Under the pieces are notes generated by a model, which did no database searches, was not told where the DNA came from, and saw only the letters and a list, made by a program, of their open reading frames with translations. From the human T2T-CHM13v2.0 reference genome, Homo sapiens, in assembly GCF_009914755.1 (NCBI RefSeq), contig NC_060937.1: 64,000 nt of DNA; one strand, given 5' to 3'. Positions 25,940 through 38,677 of this stretch are shown piece by piece (position 1 is the first letter of the stretch; every line of letters begins with the position of its first letter). A program made the position numbers and the translations under genes.

Positions 25940-26689
25940 TCCCCTAGCATTTAGATACTAAACTGTTGGAAAAATGAGTAAACAATAAATATAAGTAGCA
26001 TTTTGAGTGAGTATTTTCTTCCCATACACCCATGGGATTGTTTCGTGTATCTTACTACTTCACATAGGAGACCATTCCTCCATCCAACTATGCAAACTAA
26101 GTCTTTAAAATTTGATTTTTGCCCTACAATAAGCTCTATGCTAAAGCTCATTACATGTGATTTTGACAATTTCTGTTTTTATACCACAATTGCAGAAAAT
26201 TAATCATATTCTTTACTTCATGAGACATTATTATTATTGTTTCCTAAAAGTTTCTTTCTGGTTTTACTTATTCAATTTTTTTATTCTTTATCCCTTGTCA
26301 CAGACAGGCATGCTAATGTGTTTGATATAAGTTATTTACTCTTAAAGAATTCTTACAAGATAAGAAGGTTGTTTTCTGAGTGTGTGTATGTGTATATACA
26401 AAAGTGTATACGTTTTTCTTAAAGAGTATCATGCTATAAATCTAATTTTATTTCTATTTTTTTCACAGAGCATCACATCCTCCATATATTCTCACACTGC
26501 TGTAGGTTATTTTTGGTTGTTTATTCCCCTGTAGCTGCTGCATAGTTTTGGACAAAATGAATCAACCGCATTTTCCCTATCCAGTCTTGCAGTAGAATTC
26601 ACACTGATATCCTGCTACTGAAATATTCACTTCCTTGTGGTATTCTTATGAAAACACTTTTTGGTCACGTGTCACAATTTGTCAGGGTC

Positions 26690-27092
26690 TACATTAGTCT
26701 GTTACTATTGCTATGAAGACACACGCGATGCTGGGTAATTTATTTATTTATTTTTTAAAAAAGGAGGTTTATCTTGGTTCAGGGTTCTGCAGGCTGCACA
26801 GGAAGCAATGGCATCTGCTCTGGGTGAGGCCTCAAGAAGCTTACAATCATGGCAGAAGGTGAAGGGGAGCCAGTGTGTCACATGGTCAGAGAGGGAGTAA
26901 GAGAGAGAAGGGGGCAGTCCCAGGCTGTTTTTAACAATCAGATCTCTCATGACCTCACTGAGAAGAAGTCACTCACAAGGGGATGGTTCTAAACCAAGCT
27001 TGTCTAACCTGCAGCTTGCAGGCTGAATGCAGGTCAAACAGCTTCGAATGTGGCCCAAAACAAATTTGTCAACTTTGTTAAAACATAAGAGA

Positions 27093-27143
<51 letters not shown>

Positions 27144-27366
27144 TGTGTTTAGCTCAGCAGCTATTTTTAGTGTATTTTATGTGTGGCCCAAGAAAATTAT
27201 TCTTCCAATGTGGTCCAGGGAAGCCAAAAGGTTGGACATTCCTGTGCTAAACTATTCATAAGGGATCCACCCCACGATCCAATACCTCTCACTGGGCCCC
27301 ACCTCCAACATGGGGGATCACATTTCAGCATGAGATTTGGAGGGGACACACATACAAACTATATCA
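26690..27366 (-). mobile_element. Solo MST (MaLR) LTR interrupted by MER30
   Basis: attagtctgtt...catggcagaaggtgaaggggagcc...catgagatttggaggggacaca...aaactatatca. Confidence 0.85.
26995..27244. mobile_element. MER30 (hAT-Charlie) element with an internal (GT)n expansion
   Basis: Termini caagcttgtctaacc / ggttggacattcctg; 8-bp TSD t(t/g)ctaaac; (GT)n at ~27097-27148. Confidence 0.8.
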
Positions 27367-27999
27367 GGTATATGTGACCGTCATTGAGACAGGTTGTAGA
27401 GTATGCATACTTTCAAAGGGGTCCTGTCATGTTATTTTCTGAAATGTTTAAAACCATTGAATTTCCCATCCATTGCCCATAAAGGTTGTTATCCTCATAT
27501 CCTCATCACACAACGTTATCTAGGATTCTTATATTTTCTAAGCGAGTGGTGAAAATACAGATCTCATTTTATTGTGCACATTTGCATCTGTCATGTTGTT
27601 AATAATGTATTGGAATTTTTTGGCCCATCTTTCTGTTGAGTTGACTATCTTCTTTGTTCATTTGAAAATCAATCATATTCACTGTGCCCTAAGCATTGTC
27701 AACACTTTCTACTACTCTGTCACATGTCTGATAACCTTGCATACCAGCCTTTATTGAAATGAATCTTTATGATTTTTATACTCCTTCCAGAGTTTATGTA
27801 TTTAAGTAAATTTTTTGGTTTAGTAAATCCTTTATTAAATTGTAACAACAGGCCCAAATCTCTGTTTTATTGGGTTCATTCAGATTTAGAATTCAGAAAA
27901 CTTTTTGGTGGATAAATTTTTTATCATAATAAAGAATGGCTATGATAATGCAATATGATTATTTCTGCTAATGCTTATTGTTTTATAGCCTACTTTGTT

Positions 28000-28450
28000 T
28001 ATGTGGTCAGGAGGACAAGACCTGAATGGCCTTGACAAACTCAGCTTTCTGTACCTCCTGGTTCTCAGAATAATTTTAGAATGTTCCGAGAAGACAATAT
28101 CCTGAGATAAGGAGAAATTGTCTGGGAATGTCTGGGCTCTGCCCTTGTTGTTCCTAGAACAGGATATTCCTGCAACTCTTAAACTCAGAGAGCCAAGTAG
28201 CACATGGGGTGTGAAACCTAGGGCGGAGCACTCAGGGGTTCCTCAGCTGCAGTACACAGTGGAGCATGTGCAGAGGAGACTCCATCAACCCTGGGCAACT
28301 TTTCTGACCTCAAGGGTCAGGCTTGCCATAGAACTTAGGCTTTTGCTGATTCTTCCTGCTCCTCTGTGAGTAATAAATTTGGTTTATCTGACTTACTGTG
28401 TGAGCATTCTTCTGTTTCTGGCAGCTTGGTTTATATAAAAAAACCTCTTG
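28000..28450 (+). mobile_element. ERVL LTR, MER74/MER54/MER73-like
   Basis: atcctgagataaggag...cctagaacaggat...cctcagctgcag...gagactccatc...gtaataaa motif order; boundaries approximate. Confidence 0.6.
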
Positions 28451-29170
28451 CTAGACCTATGAATCTATGCAATGTGGAAGTGTCATAGAGGTAAACAGGA
28501 AGCAACTTAACTGAGTTGAAAACTAACATACACAACATGGGGCCACTGCACCAAGGGGCAAAATGAGCCGGCCAAAAAGGCCACATGTGACAATGCCAGC
28601 CACACTGTGGAAGAAGAAGGATGCTGAAACTCAGAGAGATCTGAAGATCTTATCCAAGCCAACAGGAGGCAGGGAATTCCACTGTACTCTGATTCAAGAG
28701 TACAAGCTTCATCTCAGAGAAAAGCAATGCAATGGCCTCAGCGATCAGACCAGAGAGATCCTCTGCCACAGAGAAAGCAGAGATCCAGAGAACAGCATGA
28801 AGACAATAAGAGGCTTGAGACTCACTTTCACTTTGCCTTGAGGCCACAGAAAGCCCAAAGCATCTGAATATCTTCTTGGAGGCATTTTCCTAAAATAGAG
28901 CTATTGAAACTTGAAGAAAAATGTGAATCAAGAAGCTAAATTTAAAGATATGTTATTTTCTCCTGCCCTCCTCCACAAATTAACCACAGGATGAGTCTAG
29001 TGAGATAAAGCATATCATTTATACAAAATACAGAAGTTACTTATTCTTTATGTGAGCAGAAATATGTTCAAATTTACTCAATAAATGTATTTTGTTTTAC
29101 TACTAGAAATAGTAATTTTCACTTGGTGATTACTTTATTTTATAATTATCTCTATTTAAATTTGTATTGG

Positions 29171-29678
29171 CCCACTCCTGGGTATCTACCTAGAGGAAAA
29201 TAAGTCATATGAAAAAGACATTTGTACACACATTTATAGCAGCACAATTTGCAGTTGCAAAAATGTGGAACCAGGTTAAATGTCTATCAGCCAATGAGTG
29301 GACAAAGAAAATGTGTTATAGATACACCATGGAATACTGCTCAGCCCTAAAAAGGAATGAAATAATGGCATTTGCAGCAATCTGGATGGAGTTAGAGATG
29401 ATTATTCTAAGTGAAGTAACTCAGGAATAAAAAAACAAATATTGTATGCTCTCACTTATAAGTGGGAGATAAGCTATGAGGGTGTAAAGACATAAGAATG
29501 ATATAAGGGACTCTGGGGACTCGGAGGGAAGGTTGGGGGATGAGGGATGAAAGACTACACGTTGGGTACAGTGTACACGACTCGAGTAGTGCATACACCA
29601 AAATCTCAGAAAATCACCACCAAATAACTTTTCCATGTAACCAGAAACCACTTGTTTCCCAAAAACTATTGAAATAAA
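29171..29678 (+). mobile_element. L1PB 3' end
   Basis: ORF2 C-terminal homology (FIAAQFAVAKMWNQ...) and an L1PB-type 3'UTR ending aaaactattgaaataaa. Confidence 0.88.
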
Positions 29679-29685
29679 GTGATAT

Positions 29686-30421
29686 GTATGGAAACAATGA
29701 ATATGATAGTCTTGAGGTGCAACATTCACTGGGTTTCATATGGGAGAAAAACAGCTAAAATCAAACACATGGATAGACAGTCAGAACAATGTCCATCATA
29801 TACATAGTAAAATTAATACAACTGCAAACATGCATGAGTGGAGTCCATTTGGAATAGCCTGCAGTGAAGATGTATGCCTTAGGGCCCACAAAACTCATGT
29901 TAGGGAGAAAATGTATAACTTTATTCGATATGAAAATGTCTTCAGAAATAACTCAGTCCATGCTGTGCAGATGCAGTCCTGTACTGTAGAGACAAAGAAT
30001 AAGAATCATCAAAGTGGAAAAACCTCTGCCCCTCCTCCAAATTCTGGTTCACACAGCAGTAGTACTACTGGAGAGAAAAGCCATACACGTCCCAAATGTG
30101 GGAAAGCCTTTACTTATCAGTCATTTCTTGTGAGACATATGAAAATTCACACTAGAAAGAAATGTTATGAATATGTCAAAAGTGGCAAAGGCTTTAGATA
30201 TTCCCTACACCTTAATAAACATTTAAGAAAGAACATTCTGGACAAGCCCTGTGAATGTAAGGAATGTGGGAAAACCTTCAGCAAGCCTCAAAACATGCAC
30301 ATATAAGGAGTCATGCTGGAAAGAAACCCTATAAATGTGACAAATGTGGAAAAGACTTTGCAAAGACATCAGAATTAAAAGCCACCTTAAGAGATACAAT
30401 AGTGAGAAGCCCTGTGAGTGA
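29686..30421 (+). pseudogene. ZNF114: ZNF114-like C2H2 zinc-finger pseudogene fragment (no KRAB part seen)
   Basis: Peptides LKSNTWIDSQNNVHHI, LRAHKTHVREKMY, PNSGSH, YQSFLVRHMKIHT, FRYSLHLNKHLRK, HIRSHAGKKPYKCDKCGKDFAK and a terminal EKPCE-stop match ZNF114 as recalled; lost Zn ligands and frameshifts. Confidence 0.85.
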
Positions 30422-31409
30422 AAGGTGGAAAATCATCATTAATTTTTCACCATACTGAACATGTGAGGAGGACACACTGGAAGGGAGCTCAATGAGTTAA
30501 CATGCATGAGAACATCTTTCCTGAACTCTCATATCTTACGGAAGTGTGAAAAGAAACCCTGTGAAGGTAAACTCTATGGAAAGCCTTTCATTCATCTTCA
30601 TTCATCTTGAGTAGCTATTTGTTCTCACACTGGAGAGAAGCTATGAAAGTAAGGAATATGAAAAAAGCCTCAGTGTTGCCTCAGACTCATAGTTCATACA
30701 AGAACGCACACTGCAGAGACTGCTTATGGAAGTAAAAAATGTAGAAAAGACCTCTTTAAACACTTAACCCTCCTGTTACACATGATTCCGCACTCTGGAG
30801 GGAGACTACAATGGGAATAAATATAATAAAGCTTTCAGTTCCAGCTCTTCACTTATTGGGCATGAATGAGCACATAGCAGGACTGAAGCACTGTAAATGT
30901 TAACAGTTGTTGCAATTATCGTTGTCTTATCTCTCAATTAGAACCCAAATTCATAATTTTATAGTTTTTCTTTTCTTAAAAAATGGTATAAAATGACAGA
31001 TATCTGTCTTAGCCCCCTTTCTGCTCTGCCACCTTAATGTTGCTATGTAGTAGCTTTGTTACAATTCACTTACATACTCATGGTTTTATTTTCAATGTGA
31101 AGCCCTCTTTGAGATCCATTCAATTTAGATTTAGAATTCGTATGCTCCAGGATACCCTTTTTTTGTCAGTTTGTTTTAATTGGTCACAATTTGCCTGCAT
31201 TATGGTCACATTATGTGGCTTTAATGGTACCGATTTGGGGTGCCTATTATGACTTTCATTATGGTCTAATGTGGCCAATTCTGTCCATTTCCCTGCTATA
31301 TCCATTATTCTCATCTTCTTCACTAAGGGAGCATAGATTTATCTTTTACAAGGAGCACAGTTTATATGTCTTTATTTATTTATCCTTATTTTATTATTTA
31401 ATTTATAAT

Positions 31410-31695
31410 TTGTTTTTGAAAAATGCTGTCTCCCAGGCTGGAGTGCAGTGGCATGAGCATAGCTCACTGCAGCCTCCTGGGTTCCTGTGACCTCCCAGCT
31501 CAGACTCCTGAGTAGGTAGAACTGCAGGCATAACAGGTGTGCACCACCACACCCAGATTTTGTTTTGTTTTGTTTTTGTAGAGACTGGGTTTCGTTATGC
31601 TGCCAGGACTGGTTTCAAGTTCCTGTGCTCAGGTGATTCTCCCACCTTGGCCTCCCAAATTGCCAGAATTACAGGCATGAGCCACCATGCCTGGC
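31410..31695 (-). mobile_element. AluJ
   Basis: Diverged reverse Alu (catagctcactgcagcc...catgcctggcc). Confidence 0.82.
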
Positions 31696-32741
31696 CCTGA
31701 TTAATGTCTTTAAATGAGTTTCCCAGTTTTTCTCATAACTGCAGTGAGCAGAGCTTATAGTCTTGGTCAATGTGAAATGCAGAATTCACTGGTTTGGATT
31801 TCTGAAAATCTGTTTGGAAAGGGAAGAGTTATTGTTCCTCTTTTCCCTTAATCATGTTCCCTTTGCTCTTGCTGCTTGCTGCTCTCTGGAAATAGGATGA
31901 AATGCCCTGAGTCCAGTTTAGCACCTTGAAGACCATTGGAATGATGGTCCCAACAACACAATCTTCAATATACAAGATTTCTCACTCCCCAGTGGCATGC
32001 TGGGTATCCATGGCTGCCCTGGACTATTTCTGGACTTGTTTCATAAAACTAACCCCTAGCAGAACTAAGAAACAATTTTAGGAGAGATACTTATAATAAA
32101 TTAAATGATAAACGTAAAAATGAATAAAACATATTATAAAAATAAAGAGAATAGACAAAATGGGCTTGCAGATGCTGACTGGCCACACATCCTTGGTGCT
32201 CACCCCCGTGGATGCCTCACCAACTGTGACACTTGGAGAGCTGGCAGCCATCACTCAAGAAATCAGAACACAGTGGCCTCTACTGCACCATCAGCGAACA
32301 AAAACTAAGCCTGTCAGCTCTCAAGAAACATACTTATGTGTATGTATATATATATGAAATAAATTTATTCAGTTACTTTGAGATATCTCATTGCTAAACA
32401 GATAAAATGAATTAAAACTAGTGCAAATTTCTGGCAACAGTACTTCATCTCCCCATTATGTATCCAGGGCATTGAAAATTGGCACACATCACAGATCCTT
32501 AAGTCATTCTCTGAATCAGGAGGAGAAAAGAGGAGAACAGAGAGAGCTTACCATATGTGCCAGTCACTGGGCTGAGTGCTGTGACTAAAGGACCCCACTT
32601 GATGCTTGAAATAACCCTACAAGATCAAACTAAAAACTCATACACACTCACACACACACACTCACACACACACACATGCTCAAGCACACGCTAGAAACTA
32701 CAGAACAAAGAAAACATTGACAACTAATAGAAGTATAGTGC

Positions 32742-32838
32742 TGGCTAAGCACAGTGGCTCATGCTTGTAATCTCAGCACTTTAGGCCAGGAGTTCAAGAC
32801 AAGCCTGGGCAACATAGCAAGACACCATCTCTACAAAA
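32742..32838 (+). mobile_element. Alu monomer (FLAM/AluJ left arm) with an internal deletion
   Basis: gtggctcatgcttgtaatctcagcacttt...ccaggagttcaagac..gcctgggcaacatagcaagac. Confidence 0.7.
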
Positions 32839-34039
32839 CATTTTCTTAGATAAAAATCATTTTTAAAAAGTGGTATAATGCCTAAGGGCTCAGGGAAACA
32901 GTACCCCTATGGCTGTATGGTAAGCAGCAGGCAAGGCTACTTGTCAGACCAAAGTGGTAGTGATTCCAGGGTTCCTTTGCACACTTATCCAGGAGGCTGG
33001 CTAGCTCAGCACTGCCTGGGTTTACTTTATACCTTCTACAGCTCTAAAGCTCTGGCAGGTGGGACCTAACCATAAGAGAAATTGCTATTACGCAGGAATC
33101 TCTTAACTGCAAGTGACTGAAACCTACTCGATCCAGGAGAACATTGAATTACTTGACTCTAATTACTAAAAATATCCTTAAATAGATGGGCTTCTGGCTC
33201 AGTGAGATCAGGGGTGAACTAATATCAGCCAAGACTCATTCTGTCCCTTCATTTCCTGTGTCAGCTCTGCTTTTCATGCAAGCTATTTTGAGAGAACAGC
33301 AAAAATGGCCCCATAAATTCCACATCATTTACTTCCTTGCAAATAGCTATGCCAATAAAAAGAAAGCACCCCATTCCCAGCAGTTTCATCAAAAGTGCAG
33401 GGATGACTTCCATCAGCCCAGCTTGGATCACATGCCCATCCCTGAGTTAATTACCCTGCGGATTGCCCAGGGTGGCCAGCCTCTCCCCAATCACATGGAC
33501 TAGTATTGAAAGAGTGGTCCTCACATGAAAAAAAAAATGGAAGAATAGTGGCAGAGAAATATGGGAGGGAGGGCCTCATCTCTATATAAAAAGTATGAGC
33601 ATATTTGTGTTCTTTTGTACACTCATTGATATAGTCACTGGGAAAATAATTGAGAAAAACCCACACACGACTTTCTACATGCCTCTGTGCTCTGTATTCA
33701 ACACTGAGCTGTGAGAACTGTAATTATTAAAACAAAACTTTGAAGAGAAGTAACAATTTGGGACAATGGGGACCCTTAGCTGACATGACACCAGTGAGCA
33801 GTTCTTCTTTTGTGTGCATGAAGATGCAATTCCCAGGAGCCCACCTGGGGTCTTCTAGGACAAGCATGTGGGCACCTACTGGCTGCAGTTCCACCTTTCC
33901 TTCCCTGGACTCTCAGGGAGAAATAAGTTCTGGATTCAGCTGAACTGAGTTCAAGTTCAGGCTCTGTGACTCACTGGGTAAGTCTCTTGCTCTCCTTGAG
34001 TCCCATATCCTCATTGGTAAAATGGAGAGGTAGAGTTAT

Positions 34040-34430
34040 TGTTAGGTTTGGAAGGCAAGGCGAGGGTTAAAGAAAGACAGAAAGAGATAGTTGGTGGCTT
34101 CAACAGCAACATCTTTATTGCCAGCAAAACCCTGGGGAGGAGGAAACCAGCTTAGTGCCAGCACCAACTGCCGCTCACAGGCTGGGGTAATCATGGGACT
34201 GGGAGGGAGGGATCTGGGTGGTAGAGCTTGCTGCCCAGCAGGATATGGCAAGGATGTCCCTGCAGTCAGGCTGTTGGGCCTTTGCCCAGGAAGATGCGAT
34301 AAGGATGTTTCCGCAGTCACGTGGTTAGGAAGGATGTTTCTCATGGCCCAAGTTCCCATGGAACGTTTCACTGTGATCAGAGTCTGCAAAATGGCTGGAG
34401 GTTTACAAAATGGTACAGGTTAGACTAACA
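34040..34430 (-). mobile_element. Solo LTR, LTR18-like
   Basis: Inverted termini TGTTAG...CTAACA, minus-strand AATAAA near 34115, internal repeats (aaggatgt), degenerate 5-bp TSD gttat/gtaac; family name tentative. Confidence 0.65.
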
Positions 34431-36649
34431 GTAACATCTCCCAGGTAAACAGTTCTACAAAGTAAACTTCCCTTGAGCATCTACACTGTACCAGACATGG
34501 TGCTAGGACCCAGGCCACAGGAGGAACAGGACAGATGAGGCCCCTGCCATCCTGGTGCTCACGTCTGACGAAGGAAGCTAACAGGTCATAAGACCAGGTC
34601 AGATGGTGGTGATAATCAAAGACATTACCAGAGTGAGATGAGCTAGAAAGAAACCGAAGGAGCTCTTACAAACACAGTGACAGGTGGAGACCCCTCCGAA
34701 AGGTGACTTTTGAGCAGAAACCTGAGAAATGTGGAGGGGGCTATGGAGAACGACCAGCCCCTGAAGCAACCCCAGGATTGGGAGGGCAAACCCAGCACCA
34801 GGAGGGCAATGGAATGGCCTGACCTGTGCGTCCTTCATGCTTCCTTCCTCAGTGATGCACAAACAGAAACATGGGGCAATTTCGTGCAGGGTCCATGGAT
34901 GAATCAAGAAGCAGCCGCACTGCAGAGCTGGAGTGCGGATAAAATCTGACCCAACAGTAAAGCTAGAAGCAGGTGCTGCTTACCACTGACCACAGTGCAG
35001 GTCATGAAGCATAACCAGACCATGAAGGCACGTCCAGGGCCAGACCAGCTGGCTGGGCTGCCAACATCTTAGTAGAGATCCCAGATCAGTTGAGCTGGTT
35101 AGGGGGAGAAAAAAAAAACAGGAAAGCTTCAGAAAATTCCAGAGGACCCATGACACTTAACATCAACTCCCCCCAAGTGGGATCTGTTTGTCATTGCTGG
35201 TTCTAAAGAGTTGGTCCCACCACCCCCACCTGCCCATTGCCTAACCAGGGGAAAACTCAGGGTGGGGTCCACAGAAACAATCCCTGTGGAAGGGGAAAGG
35301 GTGTTTCTCATCCAAAACCAAGGGAAAACACCACTCATAAGGAGCAGAGGAGCCTGAAGGGAGAGACAGGATTCTGCTGCTCATTTGGATATCTGTTTCC
35401 CAGCAGGAAAGGGGACCACGCAGGATACAGGGGCTAAGTGGACCCTGTGCTGTGGGGCTAGGAGGGATGGTGCTGACTCATTGTTGGAGGTGAGTCACTA
35501 TAGGAGGCTTAGAACCCCTCCCTGCAGCCTCTCCAGTCTAATAAGGGAATGGTAGTGTGGTCAGTGGGGGCATCCAGAGGCAGTCAAAGGGCACAGTGAG
35601 TGATGTCTCCTCTGGCCTCCTCTTTCAGCTGCAGATTCTCCGAGTTACTGGAACAGCTTCTTCATGGCCCCACCAGCCTGGAGGGTGGTGACAGCTCCCA
35701 GATGACGCTAACCCCAGGGCCCTGCGCCATCACCCCTGGTTCCCCTTGGCCCTGCCCACACCTTTGTAAACAGCTTTTTCTTAATGACCCTTCAGCCACT
35801 TCGAGGTCCCTGCCAGTACCTGACTGCCACATTCCCCAAAGGGAACAGGTTCCTCAGCACAGGAGCTGAGGTTTCTACAGGCACAGAGAAAACACTGTCC
35901 CAACTGTTGGAATGGAGTAGGGAGTGGAAAAAAGAACGTTTTTTCTCAATGCTTAGACTCACCAATTGTTTCATTTTATCACATGAAGGCTGTGTGGCAT
36001 TTTGAAGTAGAATTAATAATCTACATAATTACAAATTATATTCTTAAAAGAAGGTGCTCAGTGCCATGCCTGACACATGGTGGAACTCCACGATGAGAGG
36101 TGTGAGAAGCCAGGGTGCCATGGTTACAGACAAGGACTGCAGGTACAGACTGCTTGCTTCAAACCTGGACCAGCGGTGTGAATTTTGGCAACTCTCTGTA
36201 TTGCTCTTTGCCACAGTTTTTTAATCTAACAACTAGAAGCAAAAACAAGGTTATTGTAAAAATTAAATGAATTAAAGTAAGCAGAGTGCCTACAACACCC
36301 CCAGGCACACGGTCAGCACTGAGCATGTTTTTCATTATACTCTTAATGAGGTAAGAGTGAGAACACAGGTTCCAGCCATGAGCCTGGGGTTTCTCTGGCA
36401 GAAGCATCAGACACTCTACTTTTAACATCCTCCATTCATTCATTTGACCCTGATAAGGGAGGAGTCTCATGAGATAGGAACAAGCATCCACCTTGGGGCC
36501 AGACTTCCCATGGTCAAAGTTGAACTCCACCACTGTTCAGCTGGGTGACTTTGGGCAAGTGACTTCCCCTCTCTGATCCTCATATTCCCTTTTGATAAAA
36601 ACAGCACAATGGCAGGCCTACGGGGATTGAAGGAGCTGACAGAAAAATG

Positions 36650-37090
36650 TGTGCCTTAGTATAAATTTCCTGGAAGTAGATCCTGAGGCAAATATTCAAA
36701 TACAAAAATTCTATTTGGAGATAACTCTAGGATAGTAATTCGACTGCCAGTTCTTCCTTAGGATGCAAATCCCAGGAAACACCAGTAGAGGAGTGGGGAA
36801 CTGAGAAAGGAAAGGAATGCAGCAGTTAAAGGGACCTTCATCAAGAAAGTTTCCCCTGTGTCAGCCAGGACTCAGCCCTGCCAGGTACATCTGCAGAGAC
36901 AGCACAGAACATGTGCCTCAGAGTCATCCCACCCAAAGCAAGGGAGCTGGGGTATTTATCCACCAATACCCACCAGTCACTCCTCAGGGATCCTTCCAAG
37001 GGCATGATTCCTCCAGAATGTCCTGCCTGAGCTGCAAGGGTCAGACCCGGGGTTGAGGACAGGGCCCCTGACAGTGCCTCCAGCAATAAG
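36650..37090 (-). mobile_element. Old ERVL LTR (LTR40/LTR41-like)
   Basis: gcctcagagtcatcccaccc...gggagctggggtatttatccaccaa motif; boundaries approximate. Confidence 0.55.
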
Positions 37091-37719
37091 CAGGAACACA
37101 GCCTGGTGTGGAGAGTTTCAGTCAGTGATTCCAACTCATACACATACCCACACACCACACTCCAACCCCAACAATGTGTGTATGTACACACATATACATG
37201 CATACATGACTGTTAGCCACTTTGATCCTGGTGACTCCATGGGATATACAGTAAGGCAGAAATCAGAGGGAAAAGCAGAATTAAGGGGAGTGAAAATCTT
37301 AAGAACAAAATGCAAATTTAGGCAGAAAATCAAGCGGGAAGAGGAGTGGTCTGGACACCAAATGCCGGCTGGGGGGCACCTGCTCTACACACACTGTCAC
37401 TAATTATCCAAGAAGCCTAGTGGGGTAGAAGAAATTCCTCTCAATTTACAGACGACAGAAATGTAGTTCAGAAAACTGACTTTACTAATGTCTCAGCAAG
37501 CTAGTGGGTGGTAGATATGGACTCCCAGATCTTTCTGCCCACAGAGCCTATAAATTCTCCCTTGTTAGGCAGGCTGCATACCAGGCCCTGCTTCTGGGCT
37601 CTGTTCCTTTTGCTGCTAGGCAGTCATGGCAGAATTGACAGAAATGTTATCCCCCTTCACCACCTGGAGCAGAGCCAATGAGAGGAGCTGGGGAACAGGC
37701 CATGAGGCCCTGTACCCAC

Positions 37720-38677
37720 CATTCAATGTCTTCAGGATTGCGGTCCCTCAGAACTCTTGCACCACATGATGGCATCACTCCTGGGTGTCTTCTGAGGTTG
37801 CATAGGATTCAGTAGAGGCCAGTGGCTGTGCTGTCATATCCTAAGAGGCAGCCACGCAGTCTTGGGTCTCTTGGCTGCTTCAGCACCAGAGGTTGGACAG
37901 CGCCCATGCACTGAGGCCCTCAGGAGAATGGGAGGAGGGAAAGGAAGGGCAGAATGGAGTGATGTAGTGTCCATCCACCATGTCCCTGGATGGAGAGACC
38001 CACACCGGGACCACCACTGGTACTCATGAAGATGTCAGCCTCCATTTATATGTCCTCATCTGACAACTCCTTCCCATTTTCATCCTGGAGACAAGACCTC
38101 TGAACACATTAGCTCTGAGGGCACCTGAGTGTAACCTGAGACAGTCCCTGAAGACTTTTCATCCAAGCAGAATCCCTCCCTTGCCATCTCCAGACCTGCC
38201 CCACAAGCTCCCTCCCGGGTCTCCTGGCTCTTGTTCACTCCTTCCAGGCAGCCTTCTACAGTCATCTCTAAAACATATCTGACTGTCCCTCCTTTATCCA
38301 GCACCTTCCATGGCTCCCCAGAGCCCTCCAGATCAAGTTCAAGTTCTTTAATCAGACATTTGATCTCAAGCTGCATTCTACCTCCCAAATTAAGATACCC
38401 GAGAAGCCACCTTGCCCAGCACAAGTGCATCACTGAAGTCTTAAGTCTTGAACGTGGCCTTGGCCTTGAGGAAGTCATGAACACCCTGGCTAGTGAGGGT
38501 GCAGTGCTGCTCCAGGATGATGGTGTCTAAAGTTGTGCACCAGGTCACAGGCCCTGCAGAAGCATCACCGTCAGGAATGGGTAGTACAGGAAGTCCATGC
38601 ACAGGCAGATCTGCTGGTGCCATTACACTATGAGGGCACTGAGCTCAAATAGGGTGGCAATATACTCACTGGGATTC
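37720..38677 (-). pseudogene. CYP4F unprocessed pseudogene fragment: three exons at 38677-38411, 38084-38025 and 37840-37720
   Basis: Exons translate to NPSEYIATLFELSALIV...TLTSQGVHDFLKAKATFKT*DFSDALVLGK; DENGKELSDEDI*MEADIFM; GYDSTATGLY*ILCNLRRHP...LRDRNPEDIEW. These match CYP4F G/H/I/J-helix exons, with AG acceptors at the expected places, GT donors after the first and third exon, in-frame stops and indels. Confidence 0.9.

Noticed and set aside
29740-30306. 188-aa zinc-finger ORF as a functional gene
   Set aside because: It lacks a KRAB part, has lost Cys/His ligands and frameshifts out of the parental frame.
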